Assembly (NCBI GenBank): GCA_944331715.1
Contig: CALVIP010000004.1
Location: 1-61,198, forward strand
Direction of reading: 5' to 3'
Origin: an uncultured Bacilli bacterium
GTDB lineage: Bacteria; Bacillota_I; Bacilli_A; RF39; UBA660
Length of the DNA: 61,198 nt
The position numbers and the translations under genes were made by a program. Below, piece after piece: positions 40,480 through 53,169 of this stretch; the first letter of the stretch is position 1, and every line of letters starts with the position of its first letter. The notes under the pieces were generated by a model. The model was given only the letters and a program-made list of their open reading frames with translations. It searched no databases and was not told the DNA's origin.

Positions 40480-43400
40480 ATAAATTCATCTTCTAGTTTT
40501 TCTAATGGTTCTTCATCAGCGAACTCATCTTCTAATGTATATTCAACATCACGGTATTTCTTTAGACCAGTTCCAGCAGGTATTAGTTTACCAATTAGAA
40601 CGTTTTCTTTTAATCCTTCAAGATGGTCTACTTTACCATGAATTGCAGCATCTGTTAAGATTCTTGTTGTTTCTTGGAATGAAGCTGCTGATAAGAATGA
40701 ATCTGTTTCAAGAGAAGCTTTAGTAATACCAAGTAGTACTGGACGACCTGTTGCAGGACGTTTACCACTGATGATTACTTCTTTATTACCTTCTGTAAAC
40801 TCTCTAAAGTTAACTAGAGAACCAGGTAAGAATTTAGTATCTCCTCCTTCAACGATTCTAATCTTAGAAATCATACGACGAGCGATAATTTCAATATGTT
40901 TATCAGCGATATCAACACCTTGAGAACGATATGTATTTTGTACTTCTTTTAAGATGTACTCTTGTGTTGTAATTGGATCTGTTACATCTAGTAATTCTTT
41001 TGGTGAGATAGCTCCTTCTGTTAATTTATCTCCACAAGAAACTGTATCACCTTTTTCTACACAAAGTTTAGCACCATAGTTAGTTGTATGTTCTTTAGTT
41101 TCAACTTTGTTTGTAATACTGATTTTATATTTACCATGATCTTCAGCGATTTTAGTAACTTTACCATCAATTTCAGCGATAGTTGCTTTACCTTTAGGAT
41201 TACGTGCTTCGAATAACTCTTGAACACGTGGAAGACCTTGAGTAATATCTTCACCACCAGCAACTCCACCTGTATGGAAGGTACGCATTGTTAACTGAGT
41301 ACCAGGTTCACCAATTGATTGGGCAGCCATAACACCAACTGCTTCACCAATTTCAACGATATTACCTGTTGCAAGGTTTCTACCATAACATTTACGGCAT
41401 ACACCTTTTTCAGTGTTACATGTAAGAATTGATCTAATTTCAACTTCTTCAATACCTGCTGCAACTATTTTATCTGCAATAGCTTCAGTAATATATTCAT
41501 CTTTATCAACAATTACTTCTTTTGTTTCAGGATTAATTACTTTCTTACTAGCAAATCTACCAACAATACGGTCATATAGACTTTCAATAACTGCACCTGT
41601 TTTTTCATTAACAAAGGCACGAGCTACTAATCCTTGTTCTGTACCACAATCATCTTCTTTAACGATGATATCTTGAGATACATCAACAAGACGACGTGTT
41701 AAGTAACCTGAGTCTGCAGTTTTTAATGCTGTATCGGCACTACCTTTACGAGCAGAGTGAGTTGATAAGAAGAATTCTGATACTGATAGTCCTTCTTTAA
41801 AGTTTGAGATAACTGGTATTTCAATTGGGTCTCCATTTGGTTTTTGCATTAGTCCACGCATACCAGCAACTTGAGTAAACTGAGAAATACTACCACGTGC
41901 TTTAGAGTGCATCATGATGAAGATTGGGTTATCTACTTGTTCTTTAGAGATATCTTCAAGTTCAGCTTGAACTTTATCTTTAACTCCATACCAAGTTTCA
42001 ATAACTTTCTCATGACGTTCTTCTTCAGTGATTAAACCACGAGTATATTGTTTATTAATCTTATTAACTAAAGCTTGTCCTTCATCTATATATTCTTGTT
42101 TATGTTCACTTGTTGCAACATCACTCATTGATATTGTGATACCAGCGATAGTTGAATAATAGAATCCTAAATCTTTCATCTTATCAAGCATTTCTGATGT
42201 TTCTGTAGTCTTATAACGTTTAAATACTTGGTCGATTACTTTTTCAAGTGTTCCTTTTGCAAAAGGTTTTACTAAAGGCATTTTACTAATTTCTTCTTTA
42301 ATATTAGCACCTTTAGGTAAGAAATACTTATTAGGTGTAATATTTTGAATATTATCATCAGTTGGTTCATTAATATATGGGAATGAATCTGGTAGGATTT
42401 CATTAAATTTAATTTTACCAACAGTTGTTATTAAGTATTTACCTTTTTGTGATGATGTAAATAACTTGTATTTAAATGAATCTACAGGAACGGCAATTCT
42501 TGTATGAAGAGTTATTTCACGTCTTTCATAAGCCATTAGAGCTTCATTAGAGTTTTTAAATACTCTTCCTTCTCCATCTTCGCCGGCTTTTTCCATAGTT
42601 ATATAGTAGTTACCTAAAACCATGTCTTGAGCTGGAGTAACGATTGGTTTTCCATCTGAAGGTTTCAAGATGTTTCCTGAACCTAACATTAGAGTTCTTG
42701 CTTCTGCCCCAGCTTCTTCAGAAAGTGGTACATGGACTGCCATTTGGTCTCCATCGAAGTCAGCATTGAAAGCAGGACAAACTAATGGATGTAGTCTTAT
42801 CGCTTTACCACCTACTAAGATTGGTTCAAATGCTTGGATACCTAATCTATGTAGTGTAGGGGCACGGTTTAATAATACAGGATGTTCTTTAATTACATCT
42901 TCTACAATATCCCAAACTACTGGATCTCTATTTTCAATAAGACGTTTAGCAGCTTTGATATTATGAGCGATATCACGGTCTACTAAGCCATTGATAACGT
43001 GTGGTTTGAATAATTCTAGTGCCATTTCTTTTGGAATACCACATTGATACATCTTTAGTGATGGTCCAACAACGATAACTGAACGACCAGAATAGTCAAC
43101 ACGTTTACCTAATAGGTTTTGACGGAAACGTCCTTGTTTACCTTTTAACATGCTAGAAAGTGATTTTAAAGCACGATTTCCTGCACCTGTTACACTTCTA
43201 CCACGACGTCCATTATCAAATAGAGCATCAACTGCTTCTTGTAACATACGTTTTTCATTTTGAATAATGATACCAGGGGCACCTAAATCAATAAGTTTCT
43301 TTAAACGATTATTACGGTTAATAACACGACGATATAAATCATTTAAATCACTTGTTGCAAAACGACCACCATCTAGTTGAATCATAGGACGAAGTTCTGG

Positions 43401-44105
43401 AGGTATTACGGGAATACAGTCTAGAATCATCCATTCAGGTTTTTGATCAGAACGATAGAAAGCATCTAGAACATCTAGTCTTTTTAATAGTCTTGTTCTT
43501 TTTTGCCCTTGAGCATTTTCTAGTTCTTTATTAATTTCATCAATATCATGTTTTAAGTCTACTTTCTTAAGTAGTTCTTTAATCGCTTCTGCACCCATAC
43601 CTACTTTAAATCCGTTACCATATTTTTCATAGTATGCACGATATTCTTTTTCTGATAGGGTTTGTTTGTTTTCTAAAGGAGCATTACCTTTATCAATTAC
43701 AACATAACTAACAAAGTATAATACTTCTTCTAGGTCTCTAGGACTCATATCAAGAACAAGTCCCATTCTTGAAGGAACTCCTTTAAAGAACCAGATATGA
43801 GAGACAGGACTAGCAAGTTCAATGTGTCCCATTCTCTCACGTCTTACTTTAGATTGAGTTACTTCAACACCACAACGGTCACAAACTATATTTTTATAAC
43901 GAACTCTTTTGTATTTTCCACAAGCACATTCATAATCTTTAGTTGGTCCAAAGATTTTTTCACAGAATAAACCATCACGTTCTGGACGAAGAGTACGGTA
44001 GTTAATTGTTTCTGGTTTCTTTACTTCACCGTAACTCCATTCACGAATTTTTTCAGGAGAAGCGATACCAATTTTAATAGCATCAAATTTATTTACTTCT
44101 ATCAT
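40473..44105 (-). CDS. rpoC: RNA polymerase beta' subunit
   Basis: [25 protein letters not shown]. Confidence 0.99.
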   Translation of the reverse strand: MIEVNKFDAIKIGIASPEKIREWSYGEVKKPETINYRTLRPERDGLFCEKIFGPTKDYECACGKYKRVRYKNIVCDRCGVEVTQSKVRRERMGHIELASPVSHIWFFKGVPSRMGLVLDMSPRDLEEVLYFVSYVVIDKGNAPLENKQTLSEKEYRAYYEKYGNGFKVGMGAEAIKELLKKVDLKHDIDEINKELENAQGQKRTRLLKRLDVLDAFYRSDQKPEWMILDCIPVIPPELRPMIQLDGGRFATSDLNDLYRRVINRNNRLKKLIDLGAPGIIIQNEKRMLQEAVDALFDNGRRGRSVTGAGNRALKSLSSMLKGKQGRFRQNLLGKRVDYSGRSVIVVGPSLKMYQCGIPKEMALELFKPHVINGLVDRDIAHNIKAAKRLIENRDPVVWDIVEDVIKEHPVLLNRAPTLHRLGIQAFEPILVGGKAIRLHPLVCPAFNADFDGDQMAVHVPLSEEAGAEARTLMLGSGNILKPSDGKPIVTPAQDMVLGNYYITMEKAGEDGEGRVFKNSNEALMAYERREITLHTRIAVPVDSFKYKLFTSSQKGKYLITTVGKIKFNEILPDSFPYINEPTDDNIQNITPNKYFLPKGANIKEEISKMPLVKPFAKGTLEKVIDQVFKRYKTTETSEMLDKMKDLGFYYSTIAGITISMSDVATSEHKQEYIDEGQALVNKINKQYTRGLITEEERHEKVIETWYGVKDKVQAELEDISKEQVDNPIFIMMHSKARGSISQFTQVAGMRGLMQKPNGDPIEIPVISNFKEGLSVSEFFLSTHSARKGSADTALKTADSGYLTRRLVDVSQDIIVKEDDCGTEQGLVARAFVNEKTGAVIESLYDRIVGRFASKKVINPETKEVIVDKDEYITEAIADKIVAAGIEEVEIRSILTCNTEKGVCRKCYGRNLATGNIVEIGEAVGVMAAQSIGEPGTQLTMRTFHTGGVAGGEDITQGLPRVQELFEARNPKGKATIAEIDGKVTKIAEDHGKYKISITNKVETKEHTTNYGAKLCVEKGDTVSCGDKLTEGAISPKELLDVTDPITTQEYILKEVQNTYRSQGVDIADKHIEIIARRMISKIRIVEGGDTKFLPGSLVNFREFTEGNKEVIISGKRPATGRPVLLGITKASLETDSFLSAASFQETTRILTDAAIHGKVDHLEGLKENVLIGKLIPAGTGLKKYRDVEYTLEDEFADEEPLEKLEDEFME

Positions 44106-47100
44106 TATTCTTCATCTCCTTTACTAAGTTCGTCTTCTACATTTATTATATCTTCTTCGAAGTCTTCATCATCTGTTTCTTCTTCATCTTCAGTTTCAGA
44201 AGTTTCTTCTTTAGCATCTTCTGTATTTATTTTAGTGATGTTTACTTCTTCATTTAGTGGTTCTCCCACATCATCATCACTTTCTTCTATTTGTTTTAAG
44301 CCAAGAGACTCTCCATCTTCATTGATGATTGAAATATCAAGTCCTAAAGCTTGGAATTCTTTCATTAATACTCTAAATGATTCTGGAACTCCTGCTCTAT
44401 TTACTTCTTCACCTTTAACTATCGCTTCATAGACTTTAACACGACCAATGACATCATCTGATTTAACGGTCATCATTTCTTGAAGGGTATAGGCTGCACC
44501 ATATGCATATAGAGCCCAAACTTCCATTTCTCCAAATCTTTGTCCACCAAATTGAGCTTTACCTCCAAGTGGTTGTTGAGTTACTAGTGAGTAAGGTCCA
44601 GTACTTCTTGCATGTAGTTTATCATCTACCATGTGGTGTAGTTTAATCATGTACATTACACCAACAGAGATACGGTTATCAAATGGTTCACCTGTACGTC
44701 CATCGTATAGAACTGTTTTACCATCTTTATCCATTCCAGCTTCTTCCATGATTTCTTCAATATCATCGATATGAGCACCATCGAAGACTGGTGTTGCGAT
44801 ATGTACGCCTAATTTCTTAGCAGCCATACCCATATGTAATTCTAGAATTTGTCCTAAGTTCATACGAGATGGAACACCTTGTGGGTTAAGCATAATATCT
44901 ACTGGACGTCCATCTGGTAAGTAAGGCATATCTTCTTGAGGTAATATTAAGGAAATTACACCTTTATTACCATGACGACCTGACATTTTATCTCCTACTT
45001 GAATCTTACGTTTTTGAATGATGTAAACTCTAATTACTTTAGATACACCTGCTGGTAGTTCATCATTATCTTTACGAGAGTAAATCTTAATATCATGAAC
45101 AATACCATCTCCACCGTGTGGTACACGAAGTGATGTATCTCTTACTTCACGAGTCTTTTCACCAAATATTGCATGTAATAGTTTTTCTTCACTAGATAGT
45201 TCAGCCATTCCTTTTGGAGTTACTTTACCAACTAAGATATCTCCTTCTTTAACTTCAGTACCAATAGTTACGATACCATTTTCATCAAGGTTCTTTTTAG
45301 CTTCTTCACTAACGTTTGGAATATCACGAGTAATTTCTTCTGGTCCTAGTTTAGTTTCACGACATTGCATCTCATAGTCTTCTAGATGTAGAGATGTATA
45401 TTTATCATCTTTAACTAGGTTTTCATTAAGGATTACAGCATCCTCATAGTTATATCCATTGTATGTCATGAAAGCGACTACAACGTTTTTACCTAATGCA
45501 AGTTCTCCATTATCACAACTATTACCATCAGCGATAATATCACCCATTTTAACTTTATCACCAACTCTAACAATTGGTCTTTGATGTGAACAAATACTAG
45601 AGTTTGCAAGTTCAAAGTTTGCTAGATAATATGTGTCTTTTCCTTTGGCATTAGCGATAATTATCTTCTTAGCATCAACGTAGTCAACAATACCATCTGC
45701 TTTAGCGATAACACAAACTCCTGAGTCTTTAGCAGCGACATGTTCAACACCTGTTCCAATGAATGGAGCTTCTGTTTTTAATAGTGGCATTGCTTGACGT
45801 TGCATGTTAGCACCCATCAAGGCACGAGTTGCATCGTCATGCTCTAGGAATGGAATACAACTTGTTGTTACTGATACAACTTGTTGAGGTGATACATCGA
45901 TATAGTCAACTTGTTCTGGTTTTGCAAGAATATTTTCATCACGGAATCTTGCAGCGACTGTTTTATCAATGATTACATTATCTTCATTTGTATTTACTGT
46001 TGATTCAGAAATAATATAGTCTTGTTCTTCATCTGCTGTGAAGTAAACTACTTCATCTGTTATCTTACAATCAACAACTTTACGATATGGAGTCATAATA
46101 AATCCATATTCATCTATTTTGGCATAACTTGCAAGTGAAGTTATAAGTCCAATGTTTTGTCCTTCTGGCGACTCGATAGGACAGATTCTACCATAGTGTG
46201 AAGCATTAACGTCACGTACTTCTACACCTGCTCTATCACGAGAAAGTCCACCTGGTCCTAAAGCTGATAAACGACGTTTATTAGTAAGCTCAGCGATAGG
46301 GTTAGTTTGGTCCATGAATTGTGATAATTGAGATGAACCAAAGAACTCTTTCATAGCAGCGGTTACTGGTCTGATGTTGATTAATGTCTTAGGTGTTACT
46401 TCTTCCATTTCTTGAGTAGTCATTCTCTCACGAATAACTCTTTCCATACGAGAAATACCAATTCTAAATTGATTTTGTAATAATTCTCCTACTTGTCTAA
46501 TACGACGGTTACCTAAATGGTCGATTTCATCATAATTACCAACACCGTGTAATAGGTTTAAGTAATAAGAAGTTGCAGCATAAACATCTGATATTGTTAG
46601 ACGTTTAGAATCTATTGTTTGGTCATTACCAATAACAATAAGTTTTTTCTTCTTATCAAATGGATCATAAATAGTAACTTTTTGAATCTTGTTATAGGTA
46701 TCAAGTTCATCATTAATTTTAACTTCTTCTACACCATAACCATTGGCAAATATTTCTCTTAAATCTTCTAAAACATCTTTAGTTACAACTGTTCCTTTAG
46801 CAAATTTAGTTTCTCCATCTACTACGATATCTTCTGCTAATGTTTGATTTAATAGACGATCAACAATATTTAATTTACGATTAAATTTATAACGTCCTAC
46901 TTTTGCTAAATCATATCTAAATTCATCAAAGAATCTAGTTATAATATGGTTTTTAGATGAATCTAGTGTTGCTGGTTCACCTGGTCTTAATTTTTCATAT
47001 ATTTCGATTAATGCTTCATCTAAGTTCTTAGTAGCATCTTTAGCGATAGTGTTCTTAAGGAAATCATCTTCTCCAAATAGTTTTAAGATATCATCATCAC

Positions 47101-47707
47101 TAGAAAGTCCAAAAGCACGTAATAGTGTTGTTAAGGTTACTTTTCTAGTTCTATCTATTCTTACATATAATACATCTCTAGCATCTGCTTCAAATTCTAA
47201 CCATGTACCACGTGTAGGAATAATTTGTGATGTGATTAACTCACGTCCATTCTTATCTATTTCTCTATTATAATAGACACTTGGTGAACGTACTAATTGA
47301 GAAACAATAACACGTTCTGCTCCGTTTATTATAAATGTTCCACTATCAGTCATGATAGGCATATCACCTAAGAAGATTTCTTGTTCTTTTACTTCGCCTG
47401 TCTCACGATTAAAAAGACGCACTTCTACTTTTAGTGGTGCTGCATAAGTAGTTTCTCTATCTTTGCTAGCTTTAATAGAATATCTTGGTTCTTCAAAATG
47501 ATAATCACCAAACTCTAAAGATAGTGTACCTGAAAAGTTTTCAACTGGAAATAAGTCTTCAAAAACTTCTTTTATTCCTGTTGTAACAAACCAATCATAT
47601 GATTTCTTTTGAATTTCTAATAAATCCTTTAGCTCATAAGTATTTCTTATTCTTGAATAATTTCTTCTTTCACGTTTTTTTCCATATTTTACAATTTTAT
47701 ATGACAC
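44105..47707 (-). CDS. rpoB: RNA polymerase beta subunit (GTG start)
   Basis: [25 protein letters not shown]. Confidence 0.99.
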   Translation of the reverse strand: MSYKIVKYGKKRERRNYSRIRNTYELKDLLEIQKKSYDWFVTTGIKEVFEDLFPVENFSGTLSLEFGDYHFEEPRYSIKASKDRETTYAAPLKVEVRLFNRETGEVKEQEIFLGDMPIMTDSGTFIINGAERVIVSQLVRSPSVYYNREIDKNGRELITSQIIPTRGTWLEFEADARDVLYVRIDRTRKVTLTTLLRAFGLSSDDDILKLFGEDDFLKNTIAKDATKNLDEALIEIYEKLRPGEPATLDSSKNHIITRFFDEFRYDLAKVGRYKFNRKLNIVDRLLNQTLAEDIVVDGETKFAKGTVVTKDVLEDLREIFANGYGVEEVKINDELDTYNKIQKVTIYDPFDKKKKLIVIGNDQTIDSKRLTISDVYAATSYYLNLLHGVGNYDEIDHLGNRRIRQVGELLQNQFRIGISRMERVIRERMTTQEMEEVTPKTLINIRPVTAAMKEFFGSSQLSQFMDQTNPIAELTNKRRLSALGPGGLSRDRAGVEVRDVNASHYGRICPIESPEGQNIGLITSLASYAKIDEYGFIMTPYRKVVDCKITDEVVYFTADEEQDYIISESTVNTNEDNVIIDKTVAARFRDENILAKPEQVDYIDVSPQQVVSVTTSCIPFLEHDDATRALMGANMQRQAMPLLKTEAPFIGTGVEHVAAKDSGVCVIAKADGIVDYVDAKKIIIANAKGKDTYYLANFELANSSICSHQRPIVRVGDKVKMGDIIADGNSCDNGELALGKNVVVAFMTYNGYNYEDAVILNENLVKDDKYTSLHLEDYEMQCRETKLGPEEITRDIPNVSEEAKKNLDENGIVTIGTEVKEGDILVGKVTPKGMAELSSEEKLLHAIFGEKTREVRDTSLRVPHGGDGIVHDIKIYSRKDNDELPAGVSKVIRVYIIQKRKIQVGDKMSGRHGNKGVISLILPQEDMPYLPDGRPVDIMLNPQGVPSRMNLGQILELHMGMAAKKLGVHIATPVFDGAHIDDIEEIMEEAGMDKDGKTVLYDGRTGEPFDNRISVGVMYMIKLHHMVDDKLHARSTGPYSLVTQQPLGGKAQFGGQRFGEMEVWALYAYGAAYTLQEMMTVKSDDVIGRVKVYEAIVKGEEVNRAGVPESFRVLMKEFQALGLDISIINEDGESLGLKQIEESDDDVGEPLNEEVNITKINTEDAKEETSETEDEEETDDEDFEEDIINVEDELSKGDEE

Positions 47708-47802
47708 TAAAATTCACCCCATTACCATAGTTTTTTTACATTTATTATTCCAAAAAATAATACATTGCCAATTTATATTATTAGCATAACTTTATCAACA
47801 AG

Positions 47803-48393
47803 TCAACACTTTTTTGCACTAATTATATAAAAACCTTTACTTTTCTTAACAATACTTACATCATAATATTTTTTTAAGTCGAGAATTGTCGATTTCGCTC
47901 CCTGTTCTTTTCTTATTACTAAGTACAAAGTTCCGTCAGGTTCTAAATGATTTCTAGCATTAAGCAAGATATCATAGACTATTTTTTTACCTGCTCTAAT
48001 CGGAGGATTTGTAATAATAGTCTTATACTTTTTAGTGACATTTTCATAACAGTCACTTGCGAATACATTTATATTAATACATTTATTTTCTTTTACATTT
48101 CTTTTAGATAGATGTAAGGCTCTTTTATTAACATCTACCATATCTACATCTAAATTAGTCTTTTTATTAACAATAATGCCTAGCACCCCATAGCCACAAC
48201 CAACATCTAGTACTGGTCCTTTTAATTCTTCATACGGCAGAGACTCTAAAAGTAATCTACTACCATAATCTAGACCGTGTTTAGCGAAGACGCCATTATC
48301 CGTATAAAAAATAAAATTCTGATTAAAGAGTGTTGTTGTAGTCTTTTTTAAATTACTAGGGAGATTCTGGTCATTTTCAAAATAATGACTCAT
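47803..48393 (-). CDS. Class I SAM methyltransferase, RsmC/YbxB-like
   Basis: GVF...LDYGSRLL, VLDVGCGYG, TNPPIRAGK; typical position upstream of rpoB. Confidence 0.9.
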   Translation of the reverse strand: MSHYFENDQNLPSNLKKTTTTLFNQNFIFYTDNGVFAKHGLDYGSRLLLESLPYEELKGPVLDVGCGYGVLGIIVNKKTNLDVDMVDVNKRALHLSKRNVKENKCININVFASDCYENVTKKYKTIITNPPIRAGKKIVYDILLNARNHLEPDGTLYLVIRKEQGAKSTILDLKKYYDVSIVKKSKGFYIISAKKC

Positions 48394-48564
48394 TAACATC
48401 ACCTCAAAACAAAGAAAGAGACAAGCCATTATACAAAAGTATATAGTTTGTCTCCTTTCGTAGTGTTATAATACACTATTTTTTCTATTTCGTCAACACT
48501 TTTTTTCGAAGTTATTCTCTAAAACTGTCATTTTACAGTTTAGGTACCATACCAGATTTCTTTT

Positions 48565-49203
48565 TTAATAACATATTACTCTTATAATAATAGTTATCAT
48601 TGTAACTAGAAGATATAATGTAGATATCATAAATACAAGATAACTTATAGCATGACGATTTAATAATTTATTTTTAATAGTAGTTATTACAAATTTGAGT
48701 ATAGTGAAGACTATAAGTATTACTATTGGTATTAATAAGAAAGATAGGTAGATTCTATGTCCATTGTTTGCCAGTGCCACTGGTAGGAAAAAGGGAAAAC
48801 AAATACTAACACCTGCAAAAATACTAAAGTATAAGTTTAATATTAATGATAGTGATGAGAAGTTTTTATAATAAATGAATAATGCTAGAGGTATAAATAT
48901 TATTAACCAGATAGGATAATTAGTTATAACTTTGAAAAGGAAAGGATAATCTTCAATATAAGTAAAGTAATAGTAACTTAGGGCGTATGCTAGTAATATT
49001 ATGATAATGCTTATAACTAAAAGGGGAATTTCTTTCTTAAAGCTAAACTTCTTATTTCTTACATCATCTTTAAAACTTTCATAAGAACTTTTCTTTAAAT
49101 CTACTTCTTTTATATCTTTATATATTTCTTTATTAATAGTTCCACAATATGGACAACTAAATAAGTTATCTTTATATTCATTTTTACAATTAGTGCATTT
49201 CAT
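48565..49203 (-). CDS. Multi-TM protein with N-terminal zinc ribbon
   Basis: CTNC..CPYCG followed by about 5 TM segments. Confidence 0.75.
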   Translation of the reverse strand: MKCTNCKNEYKDNLFSCPYCGTINKEIYKDIKEVDLKKSSYESFKDDVRNKKFSFKKEIPLLVISIIIILLAYALSYYYFTYIEDYPFLFKVITNYPIWLIIFIPLALFIYYKNFSSLSLILNLYFSIFAGVSICFPFFLPVALANNGHRIYLSFLLIPIVILIVFTILKFVITTIKNKLLNRHAISYLVFMISTLYLLVTMITIIIRVICY

Positions 49204-49209
49204 AATTAT

Positions 49210-50004
49210 TTAATCAATAAAAACAGCTCCTGCAATAAATCTACCATTTTTATTAAGGTCTCCTTTCTTATAAGCTACATGGGAATAGAAATCATTATCT
49301 GTTCTTGTGTCTTTATCAGAAATTATCATATTTTCTTTTTGTAGACCTTTTGATAATAACTGATTTACAATAGCTTTTCTTAAATCTATATAATAAAAAT
49401 CTTCTCTTTGTTCAATTGCATTTTTCCAAGCATCTTTATTTGATGCCACTGGTGGATATTTATCATAATCATAACTTTCTTTTGAAATGCATGGAGTAAT
49501 ATATGCTTTTATATATTGTGGTTTAACATTGCTTTCCTTTATTAAGGCATCTACCATTTGTTGAGGCAATAGTCTATTTATATATTCACCTCCACAATGA
49601 GCAAGTGCTATCATCCAGTTTTCTTCTTTTATTTTTGCTAATAAAATTAACATTGGACAATCTGCTACTTTATCCACTACTAAAATGTTTTTTATATTAC
49701 TATCCATAATTAAGAAATCATCATGAAAATATTTCTCACCTTTTAAATATTTAGTAACATTTTCTTTTGTTAATATTTCATAAGTTCCATCTTGATAATT
49801 AAACGTTTCATCTTGTTCTTCATAAATTGTTTTTTGAATCGGTATTAATATATTGACGTTATCTAGATTATACTTTTGTAAAAAGTTCTTCTTATTTAAT
49901 TCAAACTTGTTTTTTCTTTCTTCTTCTGTTAAATTAGGATAAAATATTTCATCATCCGACATGATACTATCTTCTCTTTTTGAATAAATAATTTTAAGTT
50001 CCAT
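49210..50004 (-). CDS. YfiH/PgeF (laccase-domain) family protein
   Basis: ADCPML, LAHCG, TPCIS, YIDL, FYSH, NGRF. Confidence 0.8.
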   Translation of the reverse strand: MELKIIYSKREDSIMSDDEIFYPNLTEEERKNKFELNKKNFLQKYNLDNVNILIPIQKTIYEEQDETFNYQDGTYEILTKENVTKYLKGEKYFHDDFLIMDSNIKNILVVDKVADCPMLILLAKIKEENWMIALAHCGGEYINRLLPQQMVDALIKESNVKPQYIKAYITPCISKESYDYDKYPPVASNKDAWKNAIEQREDFYYIDLRKAIVNQLLSKGLQKENMIISDKDTRTDNDFYSHVAYKKGDLNKNGRFIAGAVFID

Positions 50005-50069
50005 AATTTTCTCCTTTGTTTAAGTATAACAATTTTTACTAAAAAGAAAAAGAGGTTTGTTTTCCTCTT

Positions 50070-50780
50070 CTATTGATTATTACTTGCATCGTTTATTATA
50101 GGAGCTAGGTCATAAAGTGTTCCATCTTTAGTTTGAGCAAGAATAGTAACACTACTCCCTACGGGATTCCTTATGGCCATTACTGAATAAAATTTAACTA
50201 CGTCTTTTAAATCTTGTAATGTTCCATATGATGTTAAACCATCTACTCCGCCAGTTGATAGAGCTTTATATACTGGAATATATTCAACAGTACCATCATC
50301 CATCAAGAATAAGATAATATCGCCAGACATGTCTTGACCAATACCTCCAACATATACATCTTTAATTCCTTGAGTAAATGTTATGGTTTTATCTTCAACA
50401 GTTCCTTCTACTACACCTGTAGTATCCCAATTTAAACCGTAAGTGTCAGAAAGAGTCTTTCTATTAAAGCTTAGGGTAGCTATTTTTCTTGTATTATCTA
50501 GTCTAACATTGATTGTACCATTATAATTTTGTAGTTCATATGAATCGGCAGTACTATTAACAATCTTACTAGTATCAAAATCTAGTGAATTATCGCTTAC
50601 CTCTTCTTCTGCTTCATTGTTTTCTTCATTATTAGTTTCTGTTTTTTCAGTTTCTTCTACTTGATTAAATGTTAAATAACCTAGACTATATGTTGCAAAT
50701 ACTACTCCTCCACAAATTATTATTCCTAATAATATGCCTACAAAAACATGTAACCCCGTTTTACTCTTCTTATTTTCCAT
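50070..50780 (-). CDS. Hypothetical N-terminally membrane-anchored extracellular protein
   Basis: Single TM, acidic linker, ILFLMDDGTVEY. Confidence 0.75.
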   Translation of the reverse strand: MENKKSKTGLHVFVGILLGIIICGGVVFATYSLGYLTFNQVEETEKTETNNEENNEAEEEVSDNSLDFDTSKIVNSTADSYELQNYNGTINVRLDNTRKIATLSFNRKTLSDTYGLNWDTTGVVEGTVEDKTITFTQGIKDVYVGGIGQDMSGDIILFLMDDGTVEYIPVYKALSTGGVDGLTSYGTLQDLKDVVKFYSVMAIRNPVGSSVTILAQTKDGTLYDLAPIINDASNNQ

Positions 50781-50847
50781 TACTTTCACCTTCCTTATGA
50801 TAAGTTTAACACAAAAGTAGATAAAATTGCATAAAAAAAGAAGCTAG

Positions 50848-51222
50848 TTATTTAACTTCTACTGTAGCACCAGCTTCTTCTAATTTAGCTTTGATTTCAT
50901 TAGCTTCTTCAACAGAAATGTTTTCTTTAATTGGTGAACCAGCATTATCAACTAAATCTTTAGATTCTTTTAATCCTAATCCTGTAATTTCACGAACTAC
51001 TTTGATAACTGCAACTTTAGTAGCTCCTGCATCAGTGATTGATACTGTAACTGTAGATGGAGCAGCATCTTCTGCAGCACCAGCAGCTCCTGGAGCAGCA
51101 ACTGCAACAGCTGATGGATCTACACCAAACTCTTCTTTCATTGCGTCTACTAATTCTTTAATTTCTAAAAGATTCATTTCTTTTAATGAGCTAATAAATT
51201 CTTCTTTTGTTAATTTAGCCAT
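50848..51222 (-). CDS. rplL: 50S ribosomal protein L7/L12
   Basis: [23 protein letters not shown]. Confidence 0.98.
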   Translation of the reverse strand: MAKLTKEEFISSLKEMNLLEIKELVDAMKEEFGVDPSAVAVAAPGAAGAAEDAAPSTVTVSITDAGATKVAVIKVVREITGLGLKESKDLVDNAGSPIKENISVEEANEIKAKLEEAGATVEVK

Positions 51223-51243
51223 GTTTATTTTCCTCCTCTAATA

Positions 51244-51738
51244 TTAATTTTCTTCTTTTTGTTCACTATATAAATTTAAGCAGATAGATAGGTCGCGAAC
51301 AAGTCCTATCATACCACCTGCAAGCATAGTAAGTAAGCCATCTCTTGATGGAATCTTTGCATATTCACTAAGTTTAGCTTGATCTGCAACTTCTCCATCA
51401 ACATAACCAATCTTTAATGTTAAATTCTCATGATCTTTAGCAAAATCTGATAATACTTTGATTGGAGCTATTTGGTCAGTACTATAAGCAAATGCACTTG
51501 GTCCTTCTAAAGCTTCTTTAACATCAATGTTTAAATCATTGAATGCTCTAGCCATTAAAGTATTTTTATATACTTTATAAGTAGCACCTGCATCTCTTAG
51601 GGCACGTCTTAGCTCTTTAATCTCAGCATCTGTTAGACCACGATAATCAAATAATACGAAAGTCGCACTATTATTAACATTATCTTTGATTTCATCAATA
51701 ACTTCTTGCTTCTTTGCTAAGATTTTTTGATTAGCCAT
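51244..51738 (-). CDS. rplJ: 50S ribosomal protein L10
   Basis: DYRGLT, VYKNTL, LEGPSA. Confidence 0.97.
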   Translation of the reverse strand: MANQKILAKKQEVIDEIKDNVNNSATFVLFDYRGLTDAEIKELRRALRDAGATYKVYKNTLMARAFNDLNIDVKEALEGPSAFAYSTDQIAPIKVLSDFAKDHENLTLKIGYVDGEVADQAKLSEYAKIPSRDGLLTMLAGGMIGLVRDLSICLNLYSEQKEEN

Positions 51739-51749
51739 TTTTCCCTCCT

Positions 51750-51875
51750 ATTTTTTAGTCAGTTTAAATAGTCCCTAGAAAGTTTAAAAGTTCTCGAGAT
51801 TTTCCCCAAGAACTTTTATTTATAGTAATTAGTCCTCGGTAGGATTTACGTTTTTACCTACTGTCTTGGGTACTT
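51750..51875 (-). promoter_or_regulatory. L10 leader RNA
   Basis: Minus AAGACAGTAGG...CCTACCGAGG core followed by further hairpins. Confidence 0.8.
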
Positions 51876-51912
51876 GTTAACTGATTTCTTTCTTATTATA
51901 TTCTATAATCTT

Positions 51913-52611
51913 CTATTTGTCAAAAGAATTAATTTGAATCTTAATTCCAGGACCCATAGTAGATGAAATAGATATATTTTTAATATAGTCTCCTTTTACT
52001 GTAGCAGGTTTAATTTTGATGATTTGGCTAACTACAGCATTTAGGTTTGCTAATAGGTCTTCTTCAGTAAATGATACTTTACCAATGATAGTATGGATAT
52101 TACCAAAACTATCTGTACGGTATTCAACACGTCCTGCTTTAGCATCTGTTACTGCTTTAGCAACATCTGTTGTTACAGTTCCTGTTTTAGGGTTAGGCAT
52201 TAATCCTTTTGGTCCAAGGATACGTCCTAACTTACCAAGTAAAGGCATCATATCTGGAGTTGCAATCATAGTATCAAATTCAAACCAATTTTCATTAGCA
52301 ATTTTATCTAAATAATCTTGATCTCCAACATAGTCTGCTCCAGCTTCTGTAGCTTTTTTAGCATTATCACCTTTAGCAATTACTAAAACACGATTTGTTT
52401 TACCTGTTCCTTTTGGTAGAACAATAGCACCTCTTAGTTGTTGATCTGCTTTTTTAGTATCAAGATTTAAGTTCATTGCAACTTCTACTGAAGAATCAAA
52501 CTTAGTAATACTAGTTTCTTTAACTAATTTTACTGCTTCTTCTTTAGTATATAGTTTGTTCTTTTCTACTTTAGTAGCAGCTTCACTATATTTTCTACTT
52601 CTTCTTTTCAT
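51913..52611 (-). CDS. rplA: 50S ribosomal protein L1
   Basis: [24 protein letters not shown]. Confidence 0.98.
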   Translation of the reverse strand: MKRRSRKYSEAATKVEKNKLYTKEEAVKLVKETSITKFDSSVEVAMNLNLDTKKADQQLRGAIVLPKGTGKTNRVLVIAKGDNAKKATEAGADYVGDQDYLDKIANENWFEFDTMIATPDMMPLLGKLGRILGPKGLMPNPKTGTVTTDVAKAVTDAKAGRVEYRTDSFGNIHTIIGKVSFTEEDLLANLNAVVSQIIKIKPATVKGDYIKNISISSTMGPGIKIQINSFDK

Positions 52612-52621
52612 TATTTTTCCT

Positions 52622-52672
52622 CCTTATGTGGTTATTCGGGTAAGCAATTAGTGTTACATCCTCCCACATAGG
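52622..52672 (-). promoter_or_regulatory. L1-binding leader before rplA
   Basis: Minus TATGTGGGAGG...AATAACCACATA. Confidence 0.7.
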
Positions 52673-52693
52673 TATAACCTATATGTTTAGTTT

Positions 52694-53137
52694 TTAATCT
52701 TCTTCTTTTGTTTCAACGGCAACACCCATGTTTTTAGCTGTTCCAATTACTGTTTTCTTAGCTGCTTCAATATCATAGCAGTTTAAATCTGGTAATTTAG
52801 TTTCAGCTATTTCTGTTACTTGGGCATCTGTTAAGGTTGCAACTGTTTCATTCTTTCCTTTTGTTGATCCTTTATTGATTTTAGCATACTTCTTAATTAA
52901 GAATGGAACTGGTGGAGTCTTAATTATAAAGTCAAAGCTTCTATCTTCATAAATAGAAATTTCAACTGGTAAAATATCTCCCATCTTATCTCTTGTTGCA
53001 TCATTATATTTTGTACAAAATTCCTGTAAGTTGATTCCAGCAGGTCCTAAAACTGTTCCAACTGGTGGTGCAGGTGTTGCTTTACCTGCAGGAATTTGTA
53101 ACTTTATTTTCTTTACAACTTCTTTTTTGTTTGCCAC
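52694..53137 (-). CDS. rplK: 50S ribosomal protein L11 (GTG start)
   Basis: KLQIPAGKATPAPPVG, KTPP, GTAKNMG. Confidence 0.97.
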   Translation of the reverse strand: MANKKEVVKKIKLQIPAGKATPAPPVGTVLGPAGINLQEFCTKYNDATRDKMGDILPVEISIYEDRSFDFIIKTPPVPFLIKKYAKINKGSTKGKNETVATLTDAQVTEIAETKLPDLNCYDIEAAKKTVIGTAKNMGVAVETKEED

Positions 53138-53169
53138 GAAAAACACATCCTTTCTTACTCGTTTTCGCG

